NCBI GenBank assembly: GCA_900557385.1 | Contig: USSP01000001.1 | Span: 1 to 27,241, forward strand | Direction: 5' to 3' | Length of the DNA stretch: 27,241 nt | Source of the DNA: an uncultured Lachnospiraceae bacterium | GTDB lineage: Bacteria > Bacillota > Clostridia > Lachnospirales > Lachnospiraceae | Shown here: positions 1-8,266 of the stretch, piece by piece | Layout of the letters: each line of letters begins with the position of its first letter | Position numbering within the stretch: the first letter of the stretch is position 1 | The notes under the pieces: model-generated | What the model saw: only the letters and a program-made list of their open reading frames with translations | Databases searched by the model: none | Told to the model about the DNA's origin: nothing | Made by a program: the position numbers and the translations under genes

Positions 1-1
1 G

Positions 2-928
2 AATAGCGCTGGAAATAGTGCAGGCGTGGCAGCTCTGGTCACCCCTCCGGCAGCCCCTGTACCGGGAACAGAAACCGTGGCGCCTTTGCCGGAGACCAAA
101 CCCACAGCCCCGGCACGCAAGCCCTCCGGTAATGGAATCCAGGCGGAACCCGCTGACGATGGCGACCTGGCAATGCCCTTCCTCCGCAATGAGGATGGAA
201 AAGAGGGCTGGGATGTCATTACCGAAGAGGCTGCCCAGGCAGAGGAAGGGGCAAGCCTGGTGGTTGACATGAACGGTGCCACCATTGTGCCCGCGGATGT
301 TTTTGAAGAAATCCAGGGCAGAGACATCACCATCGAATTTGACTTAGGAAACGGTATCACCTGGAAGGTGAACGGACAGAGCATCCAGAGCGGAAATGTG
401 GGAGACATTGATTTTGGCGTGAAGCTTGGAGCTGATGCCAACGACACCATCCCTGTGGATGTCATCAACAACATCACCGGAGAGCGGATGTCCATGAATC
501 TGAGCCTTGCCTACGATGGGGAGTTTGGTTTCCAGGCAGTGCTGAACGTGAACATTGGTTCCCATAACGCCGGACTCTTTGCAAATCTGTTTTATTATAA
601 TGAAAGAACAGGAAAGCTGGAGTTTATCTGTGCCGGAGAAATCGGCGCAGACGGTAGCGTGGACTTGACCTTCAGCCACGCATCGGAGTACACCATCGTC
701 ATTGATGCCCAGTCCATGGAGCAGGAGGCAGCTGCCGCCCTGACGGATGACGCGGCTCCGGATGGTAACGGCTCCGCTGCCGCCGATGGCACTGACCAGT
801 CCGTAACACCCGCCACCGTGGAGGATACCACCAGCTACACCTGGCTCATCCTCCTTGCAGTCCTCGCAGCCCTTGCCCTATCCGGCATTGTGCTTGCCCT
901 CAGACACCGCAAGGAATCGGAGGAGTGA
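2..928 (+). CDS. 3' part of a large cell-surface protein with Pro/Thr/Ala-rich linkers and a C-terminal membrane anchor (5'-partial)
   Basis: The frame is open from position 2 (NSAGNSAGVAALVTPP...). It has a beta-rich domain ending in 'LTFSHASEYTIVID', a hydrophobic helix WLILLAVLAALALSGIVLAL and a charged tail RHRKESEE. Confidence 0.8.
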   Translation, partial: NSAGNSAGVAALVTPPAAPVPGTETVAPLPETKPTAPARKPSGNGIQAEPADDGDLAMPFLRNEDGKEGWDVITEEAAQAEEGASLVVDMNGATIVPADVFEEIQGRDITIEFDLGNGITWKVNGQSIQSGNVGDIDFGVKLGADANDTIPVDVINNITGERMSMNLSLAYDGEFGFQAVLNVNIGSHNAGLFANLFYYNERTGKLEFICAGEIGADGSVDLTFSHASEYTIVIDAQSMEQEAAAALTDDAAPDGNGSAAADGTDQSVTPATVEDTTSYTWLILLAVLAALALSGIVLALRHRKESEE

Positions 929-947
929 TAGAATAAGAGTAATCAAT

Positions 948-975
948 AGGCTCTGCCACACGGCAGAGCCTGTTT
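948..975 (+). terminator. Intrinsic terminator-like hairpin
   Basis: AGGCTCTGCC-acac-GGCAGAGCCT forms a perfect 10-bp stem 20 nt after the stop. The T tract is short. Confidence 0.7.
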
Positions 976-1133
976 GCTGTGGTACGCTAATCCATTCACC
1001 ATCTATGTTCCAGCGTGTGTGATTCCCTTCTGTGGGTGAAAGATTATTTAAGTCTTGAGTCTTTGCGATAGTTGTATTATGCTATTGTGCAACCATGCAG
1101 AATGGCTTCACAATTCACGTAGGAGGACAGCCT

Positions 1134-2014
1134 GTGAAATATCTTCATACCCTGGCTCTGGAACAAAAGGAAAATGCGAAACACGGAGAAACCACCTTCC
1201 CCGTGCAAGATATATTACCAATCTGACGGAACCCGGGCAGGTGGTCACCACCCACTGGCATGAGGAAGCGGAGTTTACACTGATTACCCGGGGCGCATGC
1301 CTCTACCACATTGATCTGGTGGACTACGAGGTGCAGGAAGGGGATCTCTTATTTATCCCGCCATTACTGCTCCATTCCATTTCTGCACAGCTGAAGGAAA
1401 AAGCCACATCAGAAACCTATGTGTTCCACATGAATTTTCTGGGTGGAAACTCCGCAGATATCTGTTCCATCCGCTATTTCAAACCCATTATGGACAGAGA
1501 GATCACCATGCCCTATCTGATGAAGAAGGATCACCCGGCATATGCCTCTCTTCTGGAGATTTTCCAACAGACCCATGCTCTGTATGAAGAAAAACCGGCA
1601 GGCTATGAACTGGCTTTGAAGGCGTTGCTTTTGCAACTGTTTTTTGTATTGCTTCAGTACAGCGAGAAAAACACCTCCCCGGATCTGGGCAAAACCTCAG
1701 ACAAACTGAAACAGGTGCTGGACTATATTGAGCTCCACTACACCGAACCCATCGCCGTTTCTGAACTGGCCAGACTTTGCCATTTCAGCGATTATTATTT
1801 CATGCGTTTTTTCAAAAAGCACATGAACATGACCTGCGTGGAGTACATCGTCAGCCTCCGCCTGGAGAAATCCGTGGAACTCTTTAAGGAAGGCAACACC
1901 TCCATCCTGGATGTCTCCCTCTCCGTAGGTTTCCGCAACCTCTCCTACTTCCACCGTGCCTTTAAGAAGAAGTACCATATGACCCCACTGGTGTTTATTA
2001 AGGATTTGGAATAG
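1134..2014 (+). pseudogene. AraC-family regulator (cupin + HTH) with a frameshift near 1206-1210 (real lesion or sequence error)
   Basis: AGGAGG (1121-1126) and GTG 1134 give MKYLHTLALEQKENAKHGETTFPVQ, which stops at TGA 1224. The cupin (YITNL...THWHEEAEF) and AraC HTH (VGFRNLSYFHRAFKK) continue in the adjacent frame from 1211. One inserted base would join them. Confidence 0.8.
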
Positions 2015-2031
2015 CTGTGTTATTTTTTATC

Positions 2032-2096
2032 AATACTTAAAACCAATGCTTAAAATGCTTAAAAGAGTTGTCTGTTTCTGGCGTATATGGTAAAAT
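2032..2096 (+). promoter_or_regulatory. SigA-type promoter with upstream direct repeats
   Basis: TTGTCT(2068-2073)-17 bp-TAAAAT(2091-2096) with an extended -10 TG. Three AAT(A/G)CTTAAAA copies lie at 2032, 2045 and 2054. Confidence 0.55.
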
Positions 2097-2145
2097 TTAC
2101 GCACGTATATGTAATGGGATATATCAAACAGAAAGGAGGTTCTAT

Positions 2146-3930
2146 TTGAAAAGAAAAGCATTATTAGTATTGGGGCTGTCAGTTACACTGGCTTGCACGA
2201 ATGCAGTATCGGTGTATGCTGCCGGGGGAGGTACTTCTACTGTAGCCCAGAGTAACCAAAATAGTAAAGTGGAAGCCACAGGCAACGAACATAAGGTCGT
2301 AGGCGATGTATCCGTAGCTGGAGATGGTGAAACTGCTGTAAAGACATCTGGCGCTGCCATGGTCACTGTGCAGGGTAATGTTTCCGTGAATGGTAATGGA
2401 ACTACAGGTGTCGAGGGTACGGGTTCATCCTTTGTCAATGTGCGCGGTGGTATTACAGCAAAAGGTCAAACAACACCCCTAGGAGTAAGTGCAGAAAAAG
2501 CTTCCTGGGTCAAAGTGGGTGGAATAGTCGAGGCAGATGGTGAGCAAGCCGTTGGCATAAACTCGAAGGGAGAGGTTGATGCAAGAGGCGTTTTGGTAAA
2601 CGGTTCTGACAGTACAGGAGTAAATGCAAATAATGGCGGCAATATTACGATTTACAACGATGTCAAAGTAGTGGAGCGTAACAGGGGAACGTACAGCGGA
2701 CCGGTAAGCGGTGTGAAAACGGAGAGCAATGGACAGGTCACCGTAGAAGGGAATGTAGAAGTTGAGGGAATAGGTTCTATAGGGATAAAAGCTGCTCAGG
2801 GAGAAGTCACTGTAAACGGAAACGTCAAAGCCTCTGGAACCAAAAGCAACAGCGGTGATGAAACGGTTGGCATTTCAGCGAGTAGTTCAGAGGTAAACGT
2901 TAAGGGCGATGTGACTTCCGATGGCAAAGGAATCCATATTATTAAAAGTTCTAGCTGGAAAAATTCAAAAGTAACTGTGGACGGTAGTGTTACTGGCAGT
3001 TCAGGTGTTGTAATCAATAATGGTTCAGATGTTACGGTAGGTGGAGATGTCACAGCAACGGATGGAACAGGACTGGATATTACACTGAATGAACTTACAG
3101 GACAAGGGAAAATTAACCTGGGAACACTGAACGTGACAAAAGAGGGTGAGACAGGAGTTCTTCTAGATGTAAGTAAGGTAAGCATATATGACATCGAAGG
3201 ATTCATACAGGCAATGCCGGAAGTTAACCTCTTTGAAATCAATGTAAAGCAAGGCGACTATTTCGGTATAAATGATGGTACGAACGGGGATACCATTAAA
3301 GGAACAGGCATCTTAAAGAAAGAGGCAGCAGATAAAATACTGAAACAGAAGGTCAACTATCATTTAAGAGCAGAAAATACATCCAATGGCACCATCTCCT
3401 TAGAACATGAGAAGGCTGCAGAGGGCACTACTGTTAAATTCTATGTGAAAGCAGTGGATGGCTATCAGGTAAAGGGCGTATCTGCCGGGAAAGCCACGGT
3501 AATCGACAATGGGGATGGCTCCTACAGCATCATCGTACCGAGAGGCGGCGGTGTGAATATCTCAGCCATCATCGAGGCGGTCATGAGAGAAGAACAGGGT
3601 GGACAAAGCGCAGCATCCAATGAAAAGTATTCGGCATCCTTTGTAAAGTATGCAGCAGGACAGAAACAGGCACAACAGCTCATAAAGAGTGTCGCACCGG
3701 GTGGAAACTGTGTAGTGGAATTAGAGGATTTTGTCAGCTTTAACAGAAAGACCCTGGAAGCTCTGGCGAAAAGACCGGATGTATCCATGACAGTTATTTA
3801 TAAATGGAACGGTGTCAAATACAAAGTAACCATTCCGGCAGGCTACAATGTGCTGGATTTGCTGAATGAGGATGGCTATTGCGGATGCTTGTATCTCAAT
3901 GCCATATTCGGTTCAGAAGTGGTAGAGTAA
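2146..3930 (+). CDS. Secreted beta-solenoid (beta-helix-like) repeat protein, probable surface protein/adhesin
   Basis: AGGAGG then TTG 2146 gives signal peptide MKRKALLVLGLSVTLACTNAVSVYA. About 11 degenerate VxVxGxV...G(V/I) repeats follow, then an InlB-B-repeat-like module (AAEGTTVKFYVKAVDGYQVKGV) and a C-terminal domain ending GYCGCLYLNAIFG. Confidence 0.75.
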   Translation: MKRKALLVLGLSVTLACTNAVSVYAAGGGTSTVAQSNQNSKVEATGNEHKVVGDVSVAGDGETAVKTSGAAMVTVQGNVSVNGNGTTGVEGTGSSFVNVRGGITAKGQTTPLGVSAEKASWVKVGGIVEADGEQAVGINSKGEVDARGVLVNGSDSTGVNANNGGNITIYNDVKVVERNRGTYSGPVSGVKTESNGQVTVEGNVEVEGIGSIGIKAAQGEVTVNGNVKASGTKSNSGDETVGISASSSEVNVKGDVTSDGKGIHIIKSSSWKNSKVTVDGSVTGSSGVVINNGSDVTVGGDVTATDGTGLDITLNELTGQGKINLGTLNVTKEGETGVLLDVSKVSIYDIEGFIQAMPEVNLFEINVKQGDYFGINDGTNGDTIKGTGILKKEAADKILKQKVNYHLRAENTSNGTISLEHEKAAEGTTVKFYVKAVDGYQVKGVSAGKATVIDNGDGSYSIIVPRGGGVNISAIIEAVMREEQGGQSAASNEKYSASFVKYAAGQKQAQQLIKSVAPGGNCVVELEDFVSFNRKTLEALAKRPDVSMTVIYKWNGVKYKVTIPAGYNVLDLLNEDGYCGCLYLNAIFGSEVVE

Positions 3931-3952
3931 TTATAAATTAGTACAATGTGAA

Positions 3953-4010
3953 ACAAAAAGGCTGTTACACCAGGTGGTTCCAAAATCAGTGGTGTGACAG
4001 CCATTTTTGT
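3953..4010 (+). terminator. Intrinsic terminator (possibly bidirectional)
   Basis: ACAAAAAGGCTGTTACACCA ... TGGTGTGACAGCCATTTTTGT inverted repeat downstream of the 3930 stop. Confidence 0.7.
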
Positions 4011-4036
4011 AACCTTTTTCCCTGCAGAAACATCTA
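4008..4036 (+). promoter_or_regulatory. Putative autoregulatory ECF-sigma promoter
   Basis: TGTAAC(4008-4013)CTTTTT...CATC(4031), with 17 nt between the elements, resembles the B. subtilis SigX/SigW-type pattern (tgtAAC, T tract, CGwC). It lies upstream of the ECF gene. Confidence 0.55.
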
Positions 4037-4114
4037 AGTATATGTAACCGAAAATAAGAAATCACAGTTCAGTGACTTTGAAGGAAAGTTACATGTACTG
4101 AGAATGGATGAACA

Positions 4115-4648
4115 ATGAACAAACAACAATTTACCAAACAGGTACTGGAGGCGGAGGCATCCCTGTACCATGTGGCACACACCCTGCTTGTGAATGAGGA
4201 GGACTGCGCAGATGCCATCCAAAATGCAATTCTGGCAGCCTACGACAAACTGGGCGACTTAAAGAAAGATGCCTATTTTAAAACCTGGCTTACCCGCATC
4301 CTCATAAACGAGTGCTACCGGATTCTGCGGGTGGACAGACACCATCTCTCTTTTGAGGAACTGGAGGAGGACAATACCTTGCAGCCTCTGGAAAAAAGTT
4401 CCTGCCAGCCGGAACAACGGGTGCTGGAGCAGGACAGTGAAGTGTACCGGGCGGTGTTGGAGCTGGAACTTCCCTACCGGATGCCCTTTGTCCTGTATTA
4501 TGTGGAGGGGTACTCCGTAAAAGAAGTGGCGCGGATTTTGAAAGTATCTGAGGGCACGGTGAAAACACGGATGCACCGGGCACGCAACCAGTTGAAAGCC
4601 ATGCTGCAGGAAACAACAGCGGGGAGAAAGGAGAACACCTATGAATAA
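4115..4648 (+). CDS. ECF-family RNA polymerase sigma factor
   Basis: Region 2 (DCADAIQNAIL...FKTWLTRILINEC) and region 4 (YSVKEVARILKVSEGTVKTRMHRAR); 177 aa. Confidence 0.93.
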   Translation: MNKQQFTKQVLEAEASLYHVAHTLLVNEEDCADAIQNAILAAYDKLGDLKKDAYFKTWLTRILINECYRILRVDRHHLSFEELEEDNTLQPLEKSSCQPEQRVLEQDSEVYRAVLELELPYRMPFVLYYVEGYSVKEVARILKVSEGTVKTRMHRARNQLKAMLQETTAGRKENTYE

Positions 4649-6182
4649 GACATTACGATATCAGCAGGGAACATTTGAAATACCGCAGCTTGAGACGGTT
4701 CCCGAAAGCGTCCACCAGTCAGTATTGGGAGCGCTGGAGACCATTCAGAAAAAAGAAGAAAAGGCCGTAATGCATGGAAATGCCCATCTGTCCAGGCGTG
4801 TTCTCTTTCCGCTGGCAGCAACCCTGGTACTTATGACAGGAATGTCAGTTTTTGCAGTAAGTTTGTATGAACAACGCATGAAAAATATCAATCAACAGAA
4901 ATTAGAGGAATATTACCTGCAAATCCAGACCGCCCGGGTGGACAGCTTTCACTATAACCGCCCACTGACAGAGACAGAAAGAAGTCGGTTTGATACCCTG
5001 AATCAGTCATACGAGGAGGAAGGGATGTTTCCCAAGGGAGCACTCACTGTACTGGAATCCCCGGAGGCGTACAAAGGAAAGGGCGTGGGATTTTACGAAT
5101 CCCGCAGCACCTTTTTTCTCCCGGAGCAGGAGCTGACTGATGAGGAACTCCTTCAACTGATAGACTTTTACCATCAGGTCAATTACAGCCTGCAAAAGGT
5201 AGGCGGCCAAATCAAACAGGGAGTGATTCAGGAGCCGGAATCAGAAAACAGTGGTTTGGAACAATCCGTGGCATCGGGTAAAGAACGGCCGTCTGTTCTT
5301 GCCTACGAAGGGGATTTAAGCATCCATTGTATGACGGCAGGAGCTGACTCCATTTATCTGGAGGGGTGGGATGGCATAGAAAAAATGGAAATTGGCAGCA
5401 GTGTTTCCACACCTTTCTTTGCGGACTATGACAGGGCAAAGGGCGATACCTCTCTGCAGCCTTACATTTTTGATATGGTGGAAACACCGGAGGGCGAACT
5501 GTATGTAGCGGTGGTTTTGTGGGATGGCACGGAAGGAAAAACAGGGCAGATCTGGCATCTGGATGCTGATGGAAATTACTTGAATACCTTGGAATTGGGA
5601 GACAAAAAGCCCAGAAAACTGGCGGTGGACGCCCGGGGAAATCTCTATGTGCGTCTAGGGAGCCGGCAGCAGGATGGAACCATTCTTTATGTTTACGACG
5701 GACAGGGAGCGTTTCTCACGAAGATTACCTCTGACCATGATTTTCATGTTGCCAACGGAATCTGCAGGGGAAAAGACGGCAATGTATATATGTTATTTGA
5801 GGACTTTGACAGGCAGACCGTGACTACGAACACAGGAATTCTCCGCATTGATTTGGAGGAAAAACAGGCAGTGGTGGCAGCCCAGCATTTTCTTCCGGAT
5901 CATGGGGCTGCGTATGATGTCCTGGCGCCCGGAGGGGACAGTGATTTTGTCATTCTGGGAATGGATGGGATTTATACTTATGATTTGCAGGATGAAGAAT
6001 CGCAGCTGCGACTGGCAGCCTATGATGCCCCCTGCTCCTTTGAGGGATGCAAAGCCGCAGTTCTTCCCGATGGACGGATGCTCCTCGCCAAACCCACGGA
6101 GTACACGGAAGTCACCGTCGACGGAAAACCCCAGTACCGCTGGAAGGCGGAGGGAACGTGCTTTTATTTCATAGAAAATTGA
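4641..6182 (+). CDS. Putative membrane anti-sigma factor with a large extracellular, beta-propeller-like domain
   Basis: Overlaps the ECF stop by 8 nt. It has a ~50-aa N-terminal segment, one TM helix (VLFPLAATLVLMTGMSVFAV) and NHL-like blades (LAVDARGNLYV, GICRGKDGNVYM). Confidence 0.7.
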   Translation: MNKTLRYQQGTFEIPQLETVPESVHQSVLGALETIQKKEEKAVMHGNAHLSRRVLFPLAATLVLMTGMSVFAVSLYEQRMKNINQQKLEEYYLQIQTARVDSFHYNRPLTETERSRFDTLNQSYEEEGMFPKGALTVLESPEAYKGKGVGFYESRSTFFLPEQELTDEELLQLIDFYHQVNYSLQKVGGQIKQGVIQEPESENSGLEQSVASGKERPSVLAYEGDLSIHCMTAGADSIYLEGWDGIEKMEIGSSVSTPFFADYDRAKGDTSLQPYIFDMVETPEGELYVAVVLWDGTEGKTGQIWHLDADGNYLNTLELGDKKPRKLAVDARGNLYVRLGSRQQDGTILYVYDGQGAFLTKITSDHDFHVANGICRGKDGNVYMLFEDFDRQTVTTNTGILRIDLEEKQAVVAAQHFLPDHGAAYDVLAPGGDSDFVILGMDGIYTYDLQDEESQLRLAAYDAPCSFEGCKAAVLPDGRMLLAKPTEYTEVTVDGKPQYRWKAEGTCFYFIEN

Positions 6183-6307
6183 ATGAAAAGAGCAATGACA
6201 GGTGCATTTTTGAACAATAAAATCCAACTGGAATAAGTAAAGAAAAAATGATATTATGATTAAGACAGTATAGGAATGTAAAATAATATGGGATAGGAGG
6301 GAATCTT

Positions 6308-6634
6308 ATGACAAGACAGGAAGTTCTAATGACCTTTGCACAGGGAACCAGAGAAATATTGAAAAGTAATTTATCGAAACTCATTGTCTATGGTTCCTAT
6401 GCCCGTGGTGATTATAAAGAGAATTCAGATATTGATGTTATGATATTAACACCGTTGTCAAAGGAAGAAATAGAGAAGATTGAGAACGATATTTTTAACC
6501 TTGCATTTGATTTGGAACTAGAGTCAGGGATTGTAATTAATCCAGTTCTGGAAAATGAAACTCATTACAAATACTGGTTGGGAGCACTGCCATTCTATAA
6601 TAATGTGGAAAGGGAGGGCATTGTAATTGGATGA
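6308..6634 (+). CDS. Minimal nucleotidyltransferase (MNT), antitoxin-type partner of the HEPN protein
   Basis: GS-x10-DxD motif (GSYARGDYKENSDID), 108 aa, AGGAGG RBS, AT-rich. Confidence 0.88.
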   Translation: MTRQEVLMTFAQGTREILKSNLSKLIVYGSYARGDYKENSDIDVMILTPLSKEEIEKIENDIFNLAFDLELESGIVINPVLENETHYKYWLGALPFYNNVEREGIVIG

Positions 6635-7019
6635 GAGACAAAAAGATTTAAGCAGATATCGAATTACAGAGGCTGAGGATAGTTTGAAAGTAGCTGCACA
6701 TTGTTTAAGGGAAGAATTGTATAAAGATTCGATTAACCGTTCTTATTATGCTACATTTTATGCGGTAAAAGCTGTATTGGCATTGAGCACAGTTGATTTT
6801 AAACGGCATAAAGATGTTATGGGATACTTTAATAAAGAATATGTAGCTAAGGAAATATTTCCACGCGAACTTGGAAGAAGGATTGGAATATTACAGAGAG
6901 TACGCGAGAAAAGCGATTATGATGATTTTTATATCGCATCGAGGGAAAAAGCCAATGAACAGTTTCAAACAGCAGAATTGGTTATCAACGAAGTGAAAAA
7001 ATATTTGGAAAAGAATTAA
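6627..7019 (+). CDS. HEPN-domain protein (UPF0332-like)
   Basis: Motifs SINRSYYATFYAVKA, KRHKDV and REKSDY. It overlaps the MNT gene by 8 nt. Confidence 0.85.
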   Translation: MDERQKDLSRYRITEAEDSLKVAAHCLREELYKDSINRSYYATFYAVKAVLALSTVDFKRHKDVMGYFNKEYVAKEIFPRELGRRIGILQRVREKSDYDDFYIASREKANEQFQTAELVINEVKKYLEKN

Positions 7020-7113
7020 CAGTCAAGACAGTTCTTTAATTACAGACAATGTATAAAATTATGGGTGTAATATGTAAATATCAAAATTTATATATTACAC
7101 CTGTTTTTATGGT

Positions 7114-7335
7114 ATGATGATTCATAGTTATCATTATGACAAAGTATCTCCAGGTGATAAAAAGATTTTTTGTAAAATATCAGGCTGGGGTGTTATCTTT
7201 ATTGGAATTGGTCTTTTAGTGACTGCTATCATAATCGGCATAACAGATTCAGCATTAAGTTTTATCGCTTTTGTATTGGGTTTTGTTGTGGGAGTGGTGC
7301 TGCTGATTTATGCAGGGGTAAAATATAACCGCTAA
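7114..7335 (+). pseudogene. Small membrane protein (DUF3784-like), probably 5'-truncated
   Basis: IHSYHYDKVSPGDKKIFCK is followed by two TM helices ending KYNR. There is no RBS, and an in-frame TAA at 7075 leaves no room for the N-terminal TM helix I recall in this family. Confidence 0.45.
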
Positions 7336-7399
7336 TAGAGAAGAAAGTTCCGGTTTATAGGACTGATGAAACCAGAAGTTTACATAATTCTGCTTTCAA

Positions 7400-7648
7400 A
7401 CCTATAAGCTGTGGTAAAAGGCATGTCTTATATGTAGAATTTTAAGGGCATGTTGCAACTTCAACCTATAATATTCGCCAGAAACTGGTCCTTATGGGTA
7501 AAAATTACTGAAAAAATTGACAGTGGAGGCTTAAAAGCCCTTTCATAGACATATAAGGGCTATAAAATGAACCTTCTTATAGGTAGTTCTTCAATTCTCA
7601 GGGGGAAAAGTAACCCATAAGAGCCATAGAAAATTGTAGTTTATGGGT
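7400..7648. repeat. Array of four 36-bp interrupted palindromes ACMYATAA-N20-TTATRKGT
   Basis: Arm pairs: ACCTATAA 7400/TTATATGT 7428; ACCTATAA 7464/TTATGGGT 7492; ACATATAA 7549/TTATAGGT 7577; ACCCATAA 7613/TTATGGGT 7641. The inner spacer is always 20 nt. Gaps between units are 28, 49 and 28 nt. Confidence 0.85.
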
Positions 7649-7801
7649 TATCATCAATTTTATAAAGGAATTCCTGTCATGGCAAATACGCGAAGATAAA
7701 GTATTCACTGCATACGATTGCAGATTAGTGGAACAACGGAAAGTGAAAGGGATAAAGGGGGATAGATTGACATGAGTGAGGTTGAGGGGGAATCCGGCAT
7801 G

Positions 7802-8100
7802 GGTGCCCGTCCAAAGATTATGACGGAAATCGACGATGAATACTGGATGATTAAATTTCCTGCCCAGATAGATGGAGCGGATGCAGGAGTCATGGAATAC
7901 GATTACTTTCTTTGTGCAAAAGCCTGCGGTATTCCCATGAGTGATTCCAGACTTTTTCCCTCTACCCTTTGCCAGGGGTATTTCGGTACGAAACGCTTTG
8001 ACCGTTATAAGGATTCCGAGGGGCAACAGCAGAGAATCCATGTTTTAACGTGTTTGTTCATAATCGGGACGACCATTCTAAGAACTTTTCTTACCTTTAT
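7802..8100 (+). pseudogene. hipA: HipA-family toxin kinase remnant (5'- and 3'-truncated, internal deletion)
   Basis: GARPKI...WMIKFP...EYDYFLCAKACGIPM...FGTKRFDR...RIH in one frame. The catalytic loop CFNVFVHNRDDHSKNFSYLY follows in another frame (8041-8100), then TAG. Confidence 0.85.
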
Positions 8101-8135
8101 TAGGTAATTGCGAACTTGTTTCGCAATTACCTAAT
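8099..8135. terminator. Perfect 16-bp inverted repeat, probable terminator for minus-strand transcription
   Basis: ATTAGGTAATTGCGAA-cttgt-TTCGCAATTACCTAAT sits directly after the minus-strand TGA at 8135-8137. It lacks a clear T tract. Confidence 0.6.
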
Positions 8136-8221
8136 CAGTGAACAATTGCATTAAAGTATTTTTCGGCTTCCTCACGGGTAAGTGAAAATGCCTTTTGAAG
8201 CCTTTTCAGAATGGTTTCCGA
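8135..8221 (-). pseudogene. C-terminal tail resembling those of Rpn/PD-(D/E)XK-family proteins
   Basis: SETILKRLQKAFSLTREEAEKYFNAIVH* resembles the 'I..KLQ..F.L..EEA..Y' tail I recall from Clostridia Rpn-like proteins. It is short, so the call is tentative. Confidence 0.4.
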
Positions 8222-8266
8222 TTGAAAAAAGACGATGAATATGATAGAAAGTCTGCTTATAACCGA

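Noticed and set aside
805..830. TPATVED as a sortase (LPXTG-like) motif
   Set aside because: It lacks the Gly, and a plain TM anchor explains the C-terminus.
1055..1133. ORF-track N-terminal extension of the AraC gene
   Set aside because: It has no RBS and is better explained by the frameshift with a GTG start at 1134.
7344..7363. AAAGTTCCGGTTTATAGGAC as a fifth array unit, or as a cassette-associated motif after small accessory genes
   Set aside because: There is no matching left arm 20 nt upstream. It is a single copy here, and its resemblance to a recurrent Clostridia motif is only a recollection.
7400..7648. CRISPR or TIGR-type guide array (36-nt unit, 28-nt gaps)
   Set aside because: Only the 8-bp arms are conserved, and the 20-nt interior of each unit varies. 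No cas or Nop-domain gene is present in the window.
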